From positions 224,001 through 288,000 of the forward strand of contig CAVZJB010000007.1 of assembly GCA_963775425.1 (NCBI GenBank): a stretch of DNA of 64,000 nt. Reading direction: 5' to 3'. Positions 17,459 through 26,159 of the stretch are shown piece by piece. Under the pieces are notes generated by a model. It did not search any database, was not told where the DNA came from, and worked only from the letters and a program-made list of their open reading frames with translations. The stretch is from an uncultured delta proteobacterium. Lineage in GTDB: Bacteria; Myxococcota; UBA727; VGSZ01. The first letter of the stretch is position 1; every line of letters starts with the position of its first letter. A program made the translations under genes and the position numbers.

Positions 17459-18892
17459 GTGGAGGAGACGGTGCTGCGCCTCGCGAGCAAGGAGGGCCCC
17501 CTCACCGGGGACCAGGTGGAGGGCGCGCTCGGCGTCTCCCGCGCCACGGCCCGCCGCGTGCTCAAGGCCCTCGTCGACGCAGGGAGCCTGACGCGCCTGG
17601 GGAGCGGGCGCGCCACCCGCTACGTGCTCGCTCCCCGGCAGTTCCATTGGCCGCGCCCGGCGCTCGACGAGCACGAGGCATGGAAGCAGATCGAGCCCGT
17701 CTTCGCGGGCTCGACCACGCTGTCGCCCGAAGAGCTCCGGACGGTCAACTACTGCGTGACGGAGATGCTCAACAACGCGCACGACCACAGCGCCGGGGCG
17801 AACGTCGACGTCGCGGTGCGGTTCGCCCGCGGTGTCGTCGAGATCGAGATCGTCGATGACGGCGTCGGCGTGTTCGAGCGCATCCGCGACGTCCACGGCC
17901 TGGCGACGCTCGAGGACGCCGTGGTGCAGCTCGAGAAGGGCAAGCTCACGTCGGCGCCGGATCGGCACAGCGGAGAGGGCATCTTCTTCACGTCCAAGGC
18001 GGTCGCACGGTTTCGCCTCGAGAGCGACGGGCTGGCGTGGCTGGTGGACAACGAGATCGACGATCGATCGATCGTCGCGCTCGAGCGCCGCCGGGTCGGG
18101 ACGCGTGTGGTCCTCGAGCTCGTGCCCGGCGAGGTCAAGCCCGTCGAGCAGGTCTTCGCCCCGTGGACCGGCGCCGAGGGCGGCTTCACGACGACGCGGA
18201 CGACGGTGAAGCTGCTCGTGCACGGTGACACGCTCATCTCGCGCTCGGAGGCGAAGCGCGCCGTCTCCGGGCTGGAGCGCTTCCGCGAGGTGCTCTTCGA
18301 CTTCGAGGGCGTGACCGCGGTCGGGCAGGGGTTCGTCGACGAGGTGTTCCGCGTCTTCGCGGTCGCCCACCCCGCGATCCGGTTGCGCGCGACGAACATG
18401 AGCCCGGCCGTGGCGTTCATGGTGAGCCGGGCCCGGCCTCGGCTGGTCGACGACGCCGAAGCGCGCGCGCACCTCTCTGCGCGGTACCGCGTGGCGTGCG
18501 CGCGCCTCGATCTGCTCGCGCACTGCACCTCCAAGGACGACGCCATCCTCCTCGCGACCTCCGCGGCGTTCGGCGTCCTCCGCGTCGACGGCGGCTCCGG
18601 CGACGGCGGGGCGCGCTTCAACGACATCGTCGAGCCGCGGCTCGTGGGCGACCTCGGCGCCGCGTGGGCGCTCGCCGAGCGCTCGCTCCGCCTCGACGAC
18701 GTCGCCCTCGCTGAGACGCTCCTGTGGCGCGTCGAGACCATCGCGCGGGGCATCGTCGAGCGCATCGCGGAGCGGCGGGAGCTGTGGACGTGGTTCGACA
18801 GCGATGACCACCTCGCCGCGTTCTGGGCGCTCGACGGGGCCGAGCGCCGGCGCCTGTGGGGTCCGCGTGTCGCGGTCGCCCCTGGCGCGTGA
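17459..18892 (+). CDS. wHTH + HATPase + STAS-like DUF4325 protein with an extra C-terminal domain
   Basis: HTH LGVSRATARRVLKAL; TEMLNNAHDHS, DDGVGVF, HSGEGIFFTSK; LISRSEAKR...FDFEGV..VGQGFVDEVFRVF; then about 150 further aa. Confidence 0.85.
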   Translation: MEETVLRLASKEGPLTGDQVEGALGVSRATARRVLKALVDAGSLTRLGSGRATRYVLAPRQFHWPRPALDEHEAWKQIEPVFAGSTTLSPEELRTVNYCVTEMLNNAHDHSAGANVDVAVRFARGVVEIEIVDDGVGVFERIRDVHGLATLEDAVVQLEKGKLTSAPDRHSGEGIFFTSKAVARFRLESDGLAWLVDNEIDDRSIVALERRRVGTRVVLELVPGEVKPVEQVFAPWTGAEGGFTTTRTTVKLLVHGDTLISRSEAKRAVSGLERFREVLFDFEGVTAVGQGFVDEVFRVFAVAHPAIRLRATNMSPAVAFMVSRARPRLVDDAEARAHLSARYRVACARLDLLAHCTSKDDAILLATSAAFGVLRVDGGSGDGGARFNDIVEPRLVGDLGAAWALAERSLRLDDVALAETLLWRVETIARGIVERIAERRELWTWFDSDDHLAAFWALDGAERRRLWGPRVAVAPGA

Positions 18893-18904
18893 CGGCGGAC
18901 GCGA

Positions 18905-21900
18905 TCAGCCCTTGCCGTTCTTGGCCATCAGCGCTTCGTCCACCAGCGAGAGCACCTGCTCGAAGCGGAACGGCTTGGAGATGACGAGGTCGACGCCGTG
19001 GCTGCGGGCCTTCTCGGCGTCGAGCGTGGCGCCCCAGCCGGTGACGAGGCCGACGGGGAGGTTGGGGCGGATCTTCTTTATCTCGCTGGCCACCTCGTAG
19101 CCGTTCATGCCCGGGAGGCCGAGGTCGGTGAAGACGAGGTCGAAGGAGTCGTTCTCACGCAGGCGATGGAGCGCCTCGGCGCCGTCGGCGGCGGTGACCA
19201 CCTCGTGGTCGCCGTTCATCAAGATCTCGGCGAGGATCTCGCGGATGTTCTGCTCGTCGTCGACGACGAGGACGCGGGCCTTGCCCTGGGACAGCGCGTG
19301 CGGCGCCTTCTTGGCCTCGGCCTTCTTCTGCGGCTCGTGCCAACGCGGGAACGTGAGGATGAACGTGGTGCCGTGGTTCGGCCCGCTCATCTCGCTCTTC
19401 ACGTCGACGTCGCCGCCGTGGCGGCGCACGATGGAGAGGCTCACCGAGAGGCCGAGGCCGGTGCCGCGCTCGTCCTTGGTAGTGAAATACGGGTCGAAGA
19501 TGCGGTGCACGATCTCCTGCGGCATCCCGGTGCCGGCGTCGCGCACGCGCAGCTCGCACAGATCGCCGAGCACCCGGGTGGACAGCACGATGCGGCCGCC
19601 CTTGGGCATGGCGTCGACGGCGTTGTGCACGAGGTTCACCAGCACCTCGCGGAGCTGGTGCGGGTTGCCGGCGACCACCGCCTCGTCCCCGGAGGGCTCC
19701 ACCACCACGGCGATGGGGCGGCCCTCGCGCGCGGGCAGGTCGCGCCAGCGCGGCTGCGTGAGGTCGACGACGTCCTGCACGATCTCGTCGAGGTCGACGG
19801 CGACGAAGTCGTCGATCTTGTCCTGCCGCCCGATCTCCTGGATGCGCCGGACGGTCTCCGCGCCGTCCACCGCCGCCTTCTCGATGATGTCGGCGTGCTT
19901 GAGCAGCGCCGGATCGCGCAACTGCGACTTCAGGAGCTGCACGCGCCCGAGGATGGAGCCGAGGATGTTGTTGAAGTCGTGGGCGACGCCGTGGGCGATG
20001 AGGCCGATGGCGTTGAGCTTCTCGCTCTCGACGAGCTTGTCCTGCGCGGCCTCCAGGTCTTCGAGCGCCTTGTTGCGCGCCGCGAACAGCTCCGCGTTCT
20101 TGGTGGCGATGGCCACGTGCATACCGATGGATGACAAGACCCCGAGGTCCTGCGACGACAGCGGCTCCGCCTCCGCCCAGCCGAGCCACAGGGCGGCGAC
20201 CGGCTCACCGTCCTGGATGACGGGCACGGCGACGCCCGTGCCCACGCCTTGCTCGAAGAGGACCTCCTCGTAGGGCAACAAGCGCACGGGCTTCCCCGTG
20301 AAGGGATCGATGCTGACGTCGCCGACGCCGCTCGGCGGACGCACGCGCTGGACCGGCGTGCGCTCCGACAGGCAGAGGCCCATGATGGTGTCCTCGACGA
20401 GGATGGGCGGCGCGCTCACGGGCTCGCCCTCGTCGAGGACGTGCAGCGGGACGAAGAAGCGCTTTGCCTCGTCGAGCCGCGCGATCAGGACGCGCATGGC
20501 GCCGAACAGGTGGTGGACGCTGCGCGCCACCGTGAGCGCCACCTCGTTCATGTCGAGGGTGGACGCGAGCGCCACGGCGATCTCGTCGAGGGCGACGAGC
20601 TTCTTGACCGCGCTGCGCTCGGCCTCGAGCAGCGACGCCTTCTCGACGGCGTTCCCGAGCAGCGTGCCGATGCTGATCATCAGCTCGCGGTCGGCGTCGG
20701 TGGGCCTCCTGCCCCGCGCGAGGAAGACGAAGGCGGCGCCGAGGACCTCGTTGCGCACCTCCTTGCCGTCCACCGCCGCGCGCGCCTTCAGGGGCACGAC
20801 GAGGCAGCCGCCGAAGCGCGAGGCGCGCACGACGTCGACGGCGACGCGGTCGTCAACGGAGAGGTCGTCGACGACCTGCACCTCGCCGGTGCGCACCGCG
20901 TGGGCGAGCAGGCTCTGGGCGTCGAGGGGCATGTCGGCGAGCGCGCGGGTGACGCGGTCATCGAGGCCCTGGGAGAAGCGCAGCACCAGCGAGCGCTCGT
21001 CGGGCGCGAGCAGCGTGATGCCGGCGGCCTCGGCGCCGAGGATGGCGGCGATCTGCCTGCAGCCCTGCGCCAGGGTCTCGTCGAGGGCGACGGCCTGGTT
21101 GATGGACGTGGCGACGTCGTTGAGCAGGGCGAGCTCGCGGTTCTTTCGGACGAGCTGGCTCTCGAAGCGCTTGCGCTCCGTGATGTCCTGCATGATGCCG
21201 AGCGCGCCGCTCTTGCTCTCGAACCCGGTGCCCGCGGCGGGCTCGTCGAGCTCGATGTAGGAGATGGAGACCTGGGCGTCGAAGCGCTCACCTCCCTTGC
21301 GCATCGCCACGAATTCATAGCGCGGCTCGACGGGGAGCCCGGCGGCCACGCGGCGGCTGCGCTCGGCGAGGAACGCGCGGCTCTCGGGCGCGGTGATCAG
21401 CTCGGCGATGTTGAAGTCGTCGGCGACGAGCTCGTCGGCGGTGTAGCCGACCATGCGTTGGAAGCGGCGGTTGGTGTAGAGGAAGCGGCCGTCGCGGATG
21501 ATGTAGATGCCGTCGTTGCTGTTGTCGACGAGCATGCGGAACTGACGGCTGGCCTGATCGAGCTTGGCCTCGAGGACGTCGCGCATCATCAACCGGTCGA
21601 CGAGCGCGATGAACGGCTGGAGCGCGAGCGTGGGCGGGACGACGTGGCCGATCGCCCCCGCCTGGGCCACGAGGGCGCGGCGGGAGTCGGCGGGATCGTC
21701 GAACAGCACGATGGCCTGGGGGATGGAGCCGAAGGCGCCGAGCTCCCGCAGGATGGACGCGCCGGCCGTCTCGTCGATGCGGCGCGAGAGCACGAGCAGG
21801 CTCACCGCCTGCGTGGCGCACGCGTCGACGATCTCCGAGCGCTCATGGCAGAGCCGCACCGACAGGCGCGGCGAATGATCGAGCAGCGTCGCGTGGAGCG

Positions 21901-21955
21901 CGTGCGCCACCGGATCGTCCGCGAGGGCAAGGAGGACGAGGGGAGGAGAGCTCAC
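18905..21955 (-). CDS. Hybrid sensor histidine kinase (pseudo-REC, PAS, 2 GAF, HisKA, HATPase, REC)
   Basis: GVAHDFNNIL H-box, NLVHNAVDAM, DAGTGM, FDPYFTTK, GTGLGL, C-terminal VLVVDDE...FTDLGLPGMNG...SKPF. GTG start inferred at 21955. Confidence 0.93.
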   Translation of the reverse strand: MSSPPLVLLALADDPVAHALHATLLDHSPRLSVRLCHERSEIVDACATQAVSLLVLSRRIDETAGASILRELGAFGSIPQAIVLFDDPADSRRALVAQAGAIGHVVPPTLALQPFIALVDRLMMRDVLEAKLDQASRQFRMLVDNSNDGIYIIRDGRFLYTNRRFQRMVGYTADELVADDFNIAELITAPESRAFLAERSRRVAAGLPVEPRYEFVAMRKGGERFDAQVSISYIELDEPAAGTGFESKSGALGIMQDITERKRFESQLVRKNRELALLNDVATSINQAVALDETLAQGCRQIAAILGAEAAGITLLAPDERSLVLRFSQGLDDRVTRALADMPLDAQSLLAHAVRTGEVQVVDDLSVDDRVAVDVVRASRFGGCLVVPLKARAAVDGKEVRNEVLGAAFVFLARGRRPTDADRELMISIGTLLGNAVEKASLLEAERSAVKKLVALDEIAVALASTLDMNEVALTVARSVHHLFGAMRVLIARLDEAKRFFVPLHVLDEGEPVSAPPILVEDTIMGLCLSERTPVQRVRPPSGVGDVSIDPFTGKPVRLLPYEEVLFEQGVGTGVAVPVIQDGEPVAALWLGWAEAEPLSSQDLGVLSSIGMHVAIATKNAELFAARNKALEDLEAAQDKLVESEKLNAIGLIAHGVAHDFNNILGSILGRVQLLKSQLRDPALLKHADIIEKAAVDGAETVRRIQEIGRQDKIDDFVAVDLDEIVQDVVDLTQPRWRDLPAREGRPIAVVVEPSGDEAVVAGNPHQLREVLVNLVHNAVDAMPKGGRIVLSTRVLGDLCELRVRDAGTGMPQEIVHRIFDPYFTTKDERGTGLGLSVSLSIVRRHGGDVDVKSEMSGPNHGTTFILTFPRWHEPQKKAEAKKAPHALSQGKARVLVVDDEQNIREILAEILMNGDHEVVTAADGAEALHRLRENDSFDLVFTDLGLPGMNGYEVASEIKKIRPNLPVGLVTGWGATLDAEKARSHGVDLVISKPFRFEQVLSLVDEALMAKNGKG

Positions 21956-22078
21956 GTCGTGGGCTAACGATGAATGGTTCCGAGGCGCGGGGCAAGTACA
22001 GGGCCGGCGGTCGTCTCGGTCCCGCCCCCGCCGAGATCTTGCGTGCCCCGGGCGGCGGAGGCGGGCTATGCACGAGCC

Positions 22079-23626
22079 GTGGAACGGCTGCACCTCGACC
22101 TGTCCGCGGGCGCGCGCGCCGACATGATCGCCGCCGCGCTCCTGGCGCTCGCCCCCGACGCGGGCGCCCACGCCGCCCACGCCGCGCTCGCTGCGCTCGG
22201 GCTCGACGCCCGCGTCGCCGTCGAGCCTGCGCGCCGGGCGGGCCTGGCGGCCGTGCGCGCGCGCCTCGTCGTCGACGGGGCGGAGCTGCCCGGGAGCGGC
22301 CCCGGCCATGGGGAGCCCCGGCGGGCGGGGACCGGGGCGGCCGCGGGGGCGCGGCGCCCGGCCGGGGGGCGGCACGCGGCGCAGAAGCCCCGCATGATGC
22401 GCTCCGGCCGCGTCCCCGACGACACCGCGGCCAGCGCCGCCGGCGTCGAGGACGGCGGCGGCGGCCTCGGCGGCATCGCCGTCAACCGGCAGGAGCCGCC
22501 GCAGCGCACCCGCGGACAGCCGCCGCCGGCCGCCGCGTGGCTCGCCGGCGCCGACGCGCGCATGAGCGACGTCGTCGACGCGCTCAAGGCGTCGGCCCTG
22601 CCGCCGGTGGCCAAGGCGCTCGCCGTCAAGGCCGCGCGGCGCGCCGCCGACGCGCTCGAGGCCGTCACCGCCCCCCGGCCCGGCGCCGCCCCATCCGCGC
22701 GGCGTGCGTCCGCCTCGCCGCTGCTCCACGGGCCGCACGCGGCGCGCCTCGCCTGCGACCTCGCCGTGTGCGCCGCCCTGGTCGACGCCCTGTCGCCCGC
22801 CTCGGTGAGCGCGTCGCCGGTCGCGGTGTCGAGCGGCGCCGTCGACGACGAGGGCGTCGCGGGGGCCGCCGCCTGGCCCGCGCCGTCGCCGTGGCTCCTC
22901 GAGGTGCTCGCCGGCGTCCCCGTCGTCGAGCGCGATCTGCCCTACGCCCCGAGCGACGTCGCCGGCGCCGCCTTCGCGTGGAGCTGCGTGCACCGCTTCG
23001 GCGCGCGCGGCGTGTCGTCGTCGACCCGCCAGGGCGTCGGGGCGGGCGCCGTCGACGACCCCGGCCGCGCCGCCGTCGCCCGCGCCTTGCTGGGCCCGCC
23101 CACGTGGGTGAAGACCCGGGCGGGCGAGCGCGCCGTCGACGCCGCCGTGCAGATCGAGGCCCGCCTGCCCCTCGACGTCGACCGCCCCGGCCTCGGCCGC
23201 GCGCTGGCCGCGCTCGCGCTGCCCGCTTGCGCGCCCGCGGTCGTCGACGCTTCGGGCCTCGACGGCGCGCGCTTCGCATGTGTGCACATGGCGCTCGACG
23301 GCCACCGCGCCGACGACGCCGCGCGGATCTTGTGGCGCGCCGGCGCCGTCGACGTGAGGCTGCAATGGATCGAGCTGCGCACCGCCGGGGTCATGGAGGT
23401 GACCGTTCCGGTCGGCCGCGGTAGAACCAAGGCGAGCGTCAGGGTGCGCGTCGTCAAAGACGACGTCGGCGTCGCTCGCGTCGAGCCAGACGTCGAGGAC
23501 GTGCGGGCGGCTGCGCACAAGCAGCGCGCGGCGGTGCAGGCGGTGGCGGCGGAGGCGGTCGCGGCGTGGGAGCGGTTGGCGGCAAAGAAGCACGAGGCGA
23601 AGAAGGATCGCGATGAGCAGACCTGA
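22079..23626 (+). CDS. Degenerate LarC/DUF111-like protein
   Basis: N-terminus LHLDLSAGARADMIAAALL resembles LarC (D-x2-SG-x-SGDM-x-LGAL). C-terminus VRVRVV...EPDVEDVRAAA resembles LarC KPEYED. The HFHEVG motif is absent. Confidence 0.6.
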   Translation: MERLHLDLSAGARADMIAAALLALAPDAGAHAAHAALAALGLDARVAVEPARRAGLAAVRARLVVDGAELPGSGPGHGEPRRAGTGAAAGARRPAGGRHAAQKPRMMRSGRVPDDTAASAAGVEDGGGGLGGIAVNRQEPPQRTRGQPPPAAAWLAGADARMSDVVDALKASALPPVAKALAVKAARRAADALEAVTAPRPGAAPSARRASASPLLHGPHAARLACDLAVCAALVDALSPASVSASPVAVSSGAVDDEGVAGAAAWPAPSPWLLEVLAGVPVVERDLPYAPSDVAGAAFAWSCVHRFGARGVSSSTRQGVGAGAVDDPGRAAVARALLGPPTWVKTRAGERAVDAAVQIEARLPLDVDRPGLGRALAALALPACAPAVVDASGLDGARFACVHMALDGHRADDAARILWRAGAVDVRLQWIELRTAGVMEVTVPVGRGRTKASVRVRVVKDDVGVARVEPDVEDVRAAAHKQRAAVQAVAAEAVAAWERLAAKKHEAKKDRDEQT

Positions 23627-26111
23627 GGACGAGGCGAGCGGGTTCGAGGAGGAGAAGACCTCTCCCGAGGTGGTGCGCACGCGCGCCCACGGCGCCCAGC
23701 GTGTCCTCGAGGAGCTGAACCCCATCGCCGTCGTCGCCGTCACCGATCGCGTGCGGCGCCGCCGGGTGGTGGAGCTGCTGTGGGCCGACGGCTGGAACGC
23801 CGTCGAGGCCCGCGAGCCCGACGAGCTCGTCGAGATTTGCCGCACGCTGGCGCCGCACATCGCGCTCATCGAGGCCGAGATGCAGATGGCCGACGGCACC
23901 CCCGTCGGCGAGATGCTGCGCCAGGTGCGCCCCGACGCCGCCGTGCGCGTCATCGGGCTCCTGTCGCACGCGGCGTCGAGCAACATCGCCTCCGCGCTCG
24001 CCGACGGCTTCGACGACTTCGTCAGCGACCCCGACAACGAGGTCGAGGTCCTCGCGCGCGCCACCGCCAACCTCCGTGCGGCGCGCAACCTCGGCGAGAT
24101 CCACAAGCAGCGGCGCGACTCCGCGCTGCTCCTCGAGCTCAGCCAGACGCTGGCGTCGTCTTTGGACATGCAGCTCATCCTGCACACCGTCAGCCGCCTC
24201 ATCGCCGAGGTCATCGCGCTCGAGCGCTGCTCCATCGTGCTGCTCGACCCGGACCACGACGACGCGGTGATGGTGGCGGCCTCGGAAGATCGCGCGGTGA
24301 AAGACCTGCGCATCAAGCTGTCGAACTATCCCGAGCTCAAGCGCTGCGTGGAGAGCGCCGCCCCCGTCCTCATCGACGACGCCACCAACGAGCCGCTGCT
24401 CATCGGCGTGCAAAAGACCATGGCGGAGAAGAACATCCGCACCATGGCGCTGTTCCCCGTGGTTTTCGAGGAGCGCGTCACCGGCGTCTTGTTCCTCCGC
24501 TCCACCAAGCCCGCGCGCAAGCTGCTCGACACCGAGGTGCAGTTCGGGCAGACCGTCGCCTCCGCCTGCGCCGTCGCCATCAGGAACGCGCGCCTCTTCG
24601 ATCAGTTCCGCGACCAGACCGAGCGCATCAACTCCATGCGCATGCTCGCGGAGCGCCAGACCGAGGCGCTCAAGAAGTACCAGGACTTCTTCGAGTACGC
24701 CGCCGACGGCATGGCCATCATCGACGCCGACGGCTGCGTCCTCTACGTGAACAAAGAGGGCCGGCGCCTGCTCGGGCGCACGCGGGACGACCTGTTGCAG
24801 CTCCGCTTCCAGGAGCTCTTGTTGGAGGAGTCGCAGTCGCGCTGGCAGGACGTCGTGGACCAGGTGCGCCACGGGCGCTTCAAGCGCTCCTTCGACGTGT
24901 ACGTCGGCCGCGGCGACGGCAACGAGCGCGTGTTCTCCTTGAGCGCCGGCGGCGGCGGCCAGGAGACGGGCCTCATCATCGTGTCCTTCCGCGACGTCAC
25001 CGAGACGCGCGAGATGGAGGGCGAGCTCCGCACCACCAAGGAGTTCCTCGAAAACCTCATCGACAACTCCGTCGACGCGATCGTGGCCGCCGACATGAAC
25101 GGCAACATCATGCTGTTCAACAAGGGCGCCGAGGCCCTCTACGGCTACGACGCCGAGGAGGTCATCGGCCGCATGCACGTGAGCCAGCTCTACCCGGTGA
25201 GCGTGGCCACCGAGGTCATGCGCAAGCTGCGCGACGAGCGCTGGGGAGGGCGCGGGCGCCTCGAGGCGTCCCGGCGGGAGATCGTGACGGCCACCGGCGA
25301 CGTGGTGCCGGTGAGCATGACGGCCTCCATCATCTACGAGGACGGCGACGAGGTCGCCACCGTCGGCGTGTACACCGACTTGCGCGATCGCATGGCCGTG
25401 GAGCGGCAGCTCGCCGAGGCGCGCGACCAGCTCACCAAGACCGAGAAGGCGCGCGTGGCGGCCGAGCTCGCGGGCATGGCCGCGCACGAGCTCAACCAGC
25501 CGCTCACGTCGGTGCTCGGCTACGCCGACATGTTGAAGAACCGCATCGCGGAGACCGACGAGCGCCTGCGCCGCCCGGTGGACACCATCTTCCTGCAGGC
25601 CGAGCGCATGGCCGAGATCGTGCGCAAGATCGGCCGCATCACCAAGTACGAGACCACGCGCTACGGCCTCAACACCGACATGATCGATCTCAAGCGCGCG
25701 AGCGAGGACGCCGCCGGCGTCCTCGAGGCGCTGCCGTCCACCACGCCGCCCACCGGCCTCCCCGGTCCGGCGCGCGAGGAGGGGCAGCGCTCGGACCCCT
25801 CGTTGATGGCCGCGCTCGCGAGCGTGCCCGCGCGAAGCTCGCCGGCCCCGGGCGCCGACCCGCGCGCGGCGGTGGTGCGCATGGACACCGTCGACGAGGA
25901 GCCCGCGGGGTACGAGCGCAACCTGCGCGAGCGCGAGCGGCGGATGCGGGCGCAGGACGAAGAGCAGACGGTGCGCAACTCCCCCGCCCCCGCCGGCGCG
26001 CCCATGCCCCGCTCGGTCGCCTTGTCGGGCACCGTCGTCGACGCCAACGACGAGAGCGACGACCACACCAACCCGGGCGTCAAGATCAGCGACCTCCACC
26101 GGAAGAAGTAG
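23613..26111 (+). CDS. REC-like/GAF/PAS/PAS/HisKA signalling protein lacking the HATPase domain
   Basis: GFDDFV..P REC remnant; GAF ending AVAIRNARLF; two PAS domains; MAAHELNQPL H-box followed by ITKYETTRY and a disordered tail, with no N/G1/G2 boxes. Confidence 0.88.
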   Translation: MSRPEDEASGFEEEKTSPEVVRTRAHGAQRVLEELNPIAVVAVTDRVRRRRVVELLWADGWNAVEAREPDELVEICRTLAPHIALIEAEMQMADGTPVGEMLRQVRPDAAVRVIGLLSHAASSNIASALADGFDDFVSDPDNEVEVLARATANLRAARNLGEIHKQRRDSALLLELSQTLASSLDMQLILHTVSRLIAEVIALERCSIVLLDPDHDDAVMVAASEDRAVKDLRIKLSNYPELKRCVESAAPVLIDDATNEPLLIGVQKTMAEKNIRTMALFPVVFEERVTGVLFLRSTKPARKLLDTEVQFGQTVASACAVAIRNARLFDQFRDQTERINSMRMLAERQTEALKKYQDFFEYAADGMAIIDADGCVLYVNKEGRRLLGRTRDDLLQLRFQELLLEESQSRWQDVVDQVRHGRFKRSFDVYVGRGDGNERVFSLSAGGGGQETGLIIVSFRDVTETREMEGELRTTKEFLENLIDNSVDAIVAADMNGNIMLFNKGAEALYGYDAEEVIGRMHVSQLYPVSVATEVMRKLRDERWGGRGRLEASRREIVTATGDVVPVSMTASIIYEDGDEVATVGVYTDLRDRMAVERQLAEARDQLTKTEKARVAAELAGMAAHELNQPLTSVLGYADMLKNRIAETDERLRRPVDTIFLQAERMAEIVRKIGRITKYETTRYGLNTDMIDLKRASEDAAGVLEALPSTTPPTGLPGPAREEGQRSDPSLMAALASVPARSSPAPGADPRAAVVRMDTVDEEPAGYERNLRERERRMRAQDEEQTVRNSPAPAGAPMPRSVALSGTVVDANDESDDHTNPGVKISDLHRKK

Positions 26112-26159
26112 GCCGCCCCCGCGCGCGACGAGGGCGCGCCGTCGCCGAAGCAGGCCTCG

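Noticed and set aside
18905-24316. 1803-aa giant kinase
   Set aside because: The N-terminal ~790 aa overlap two real plus-strand genes. The kinase domains begin near 21955.
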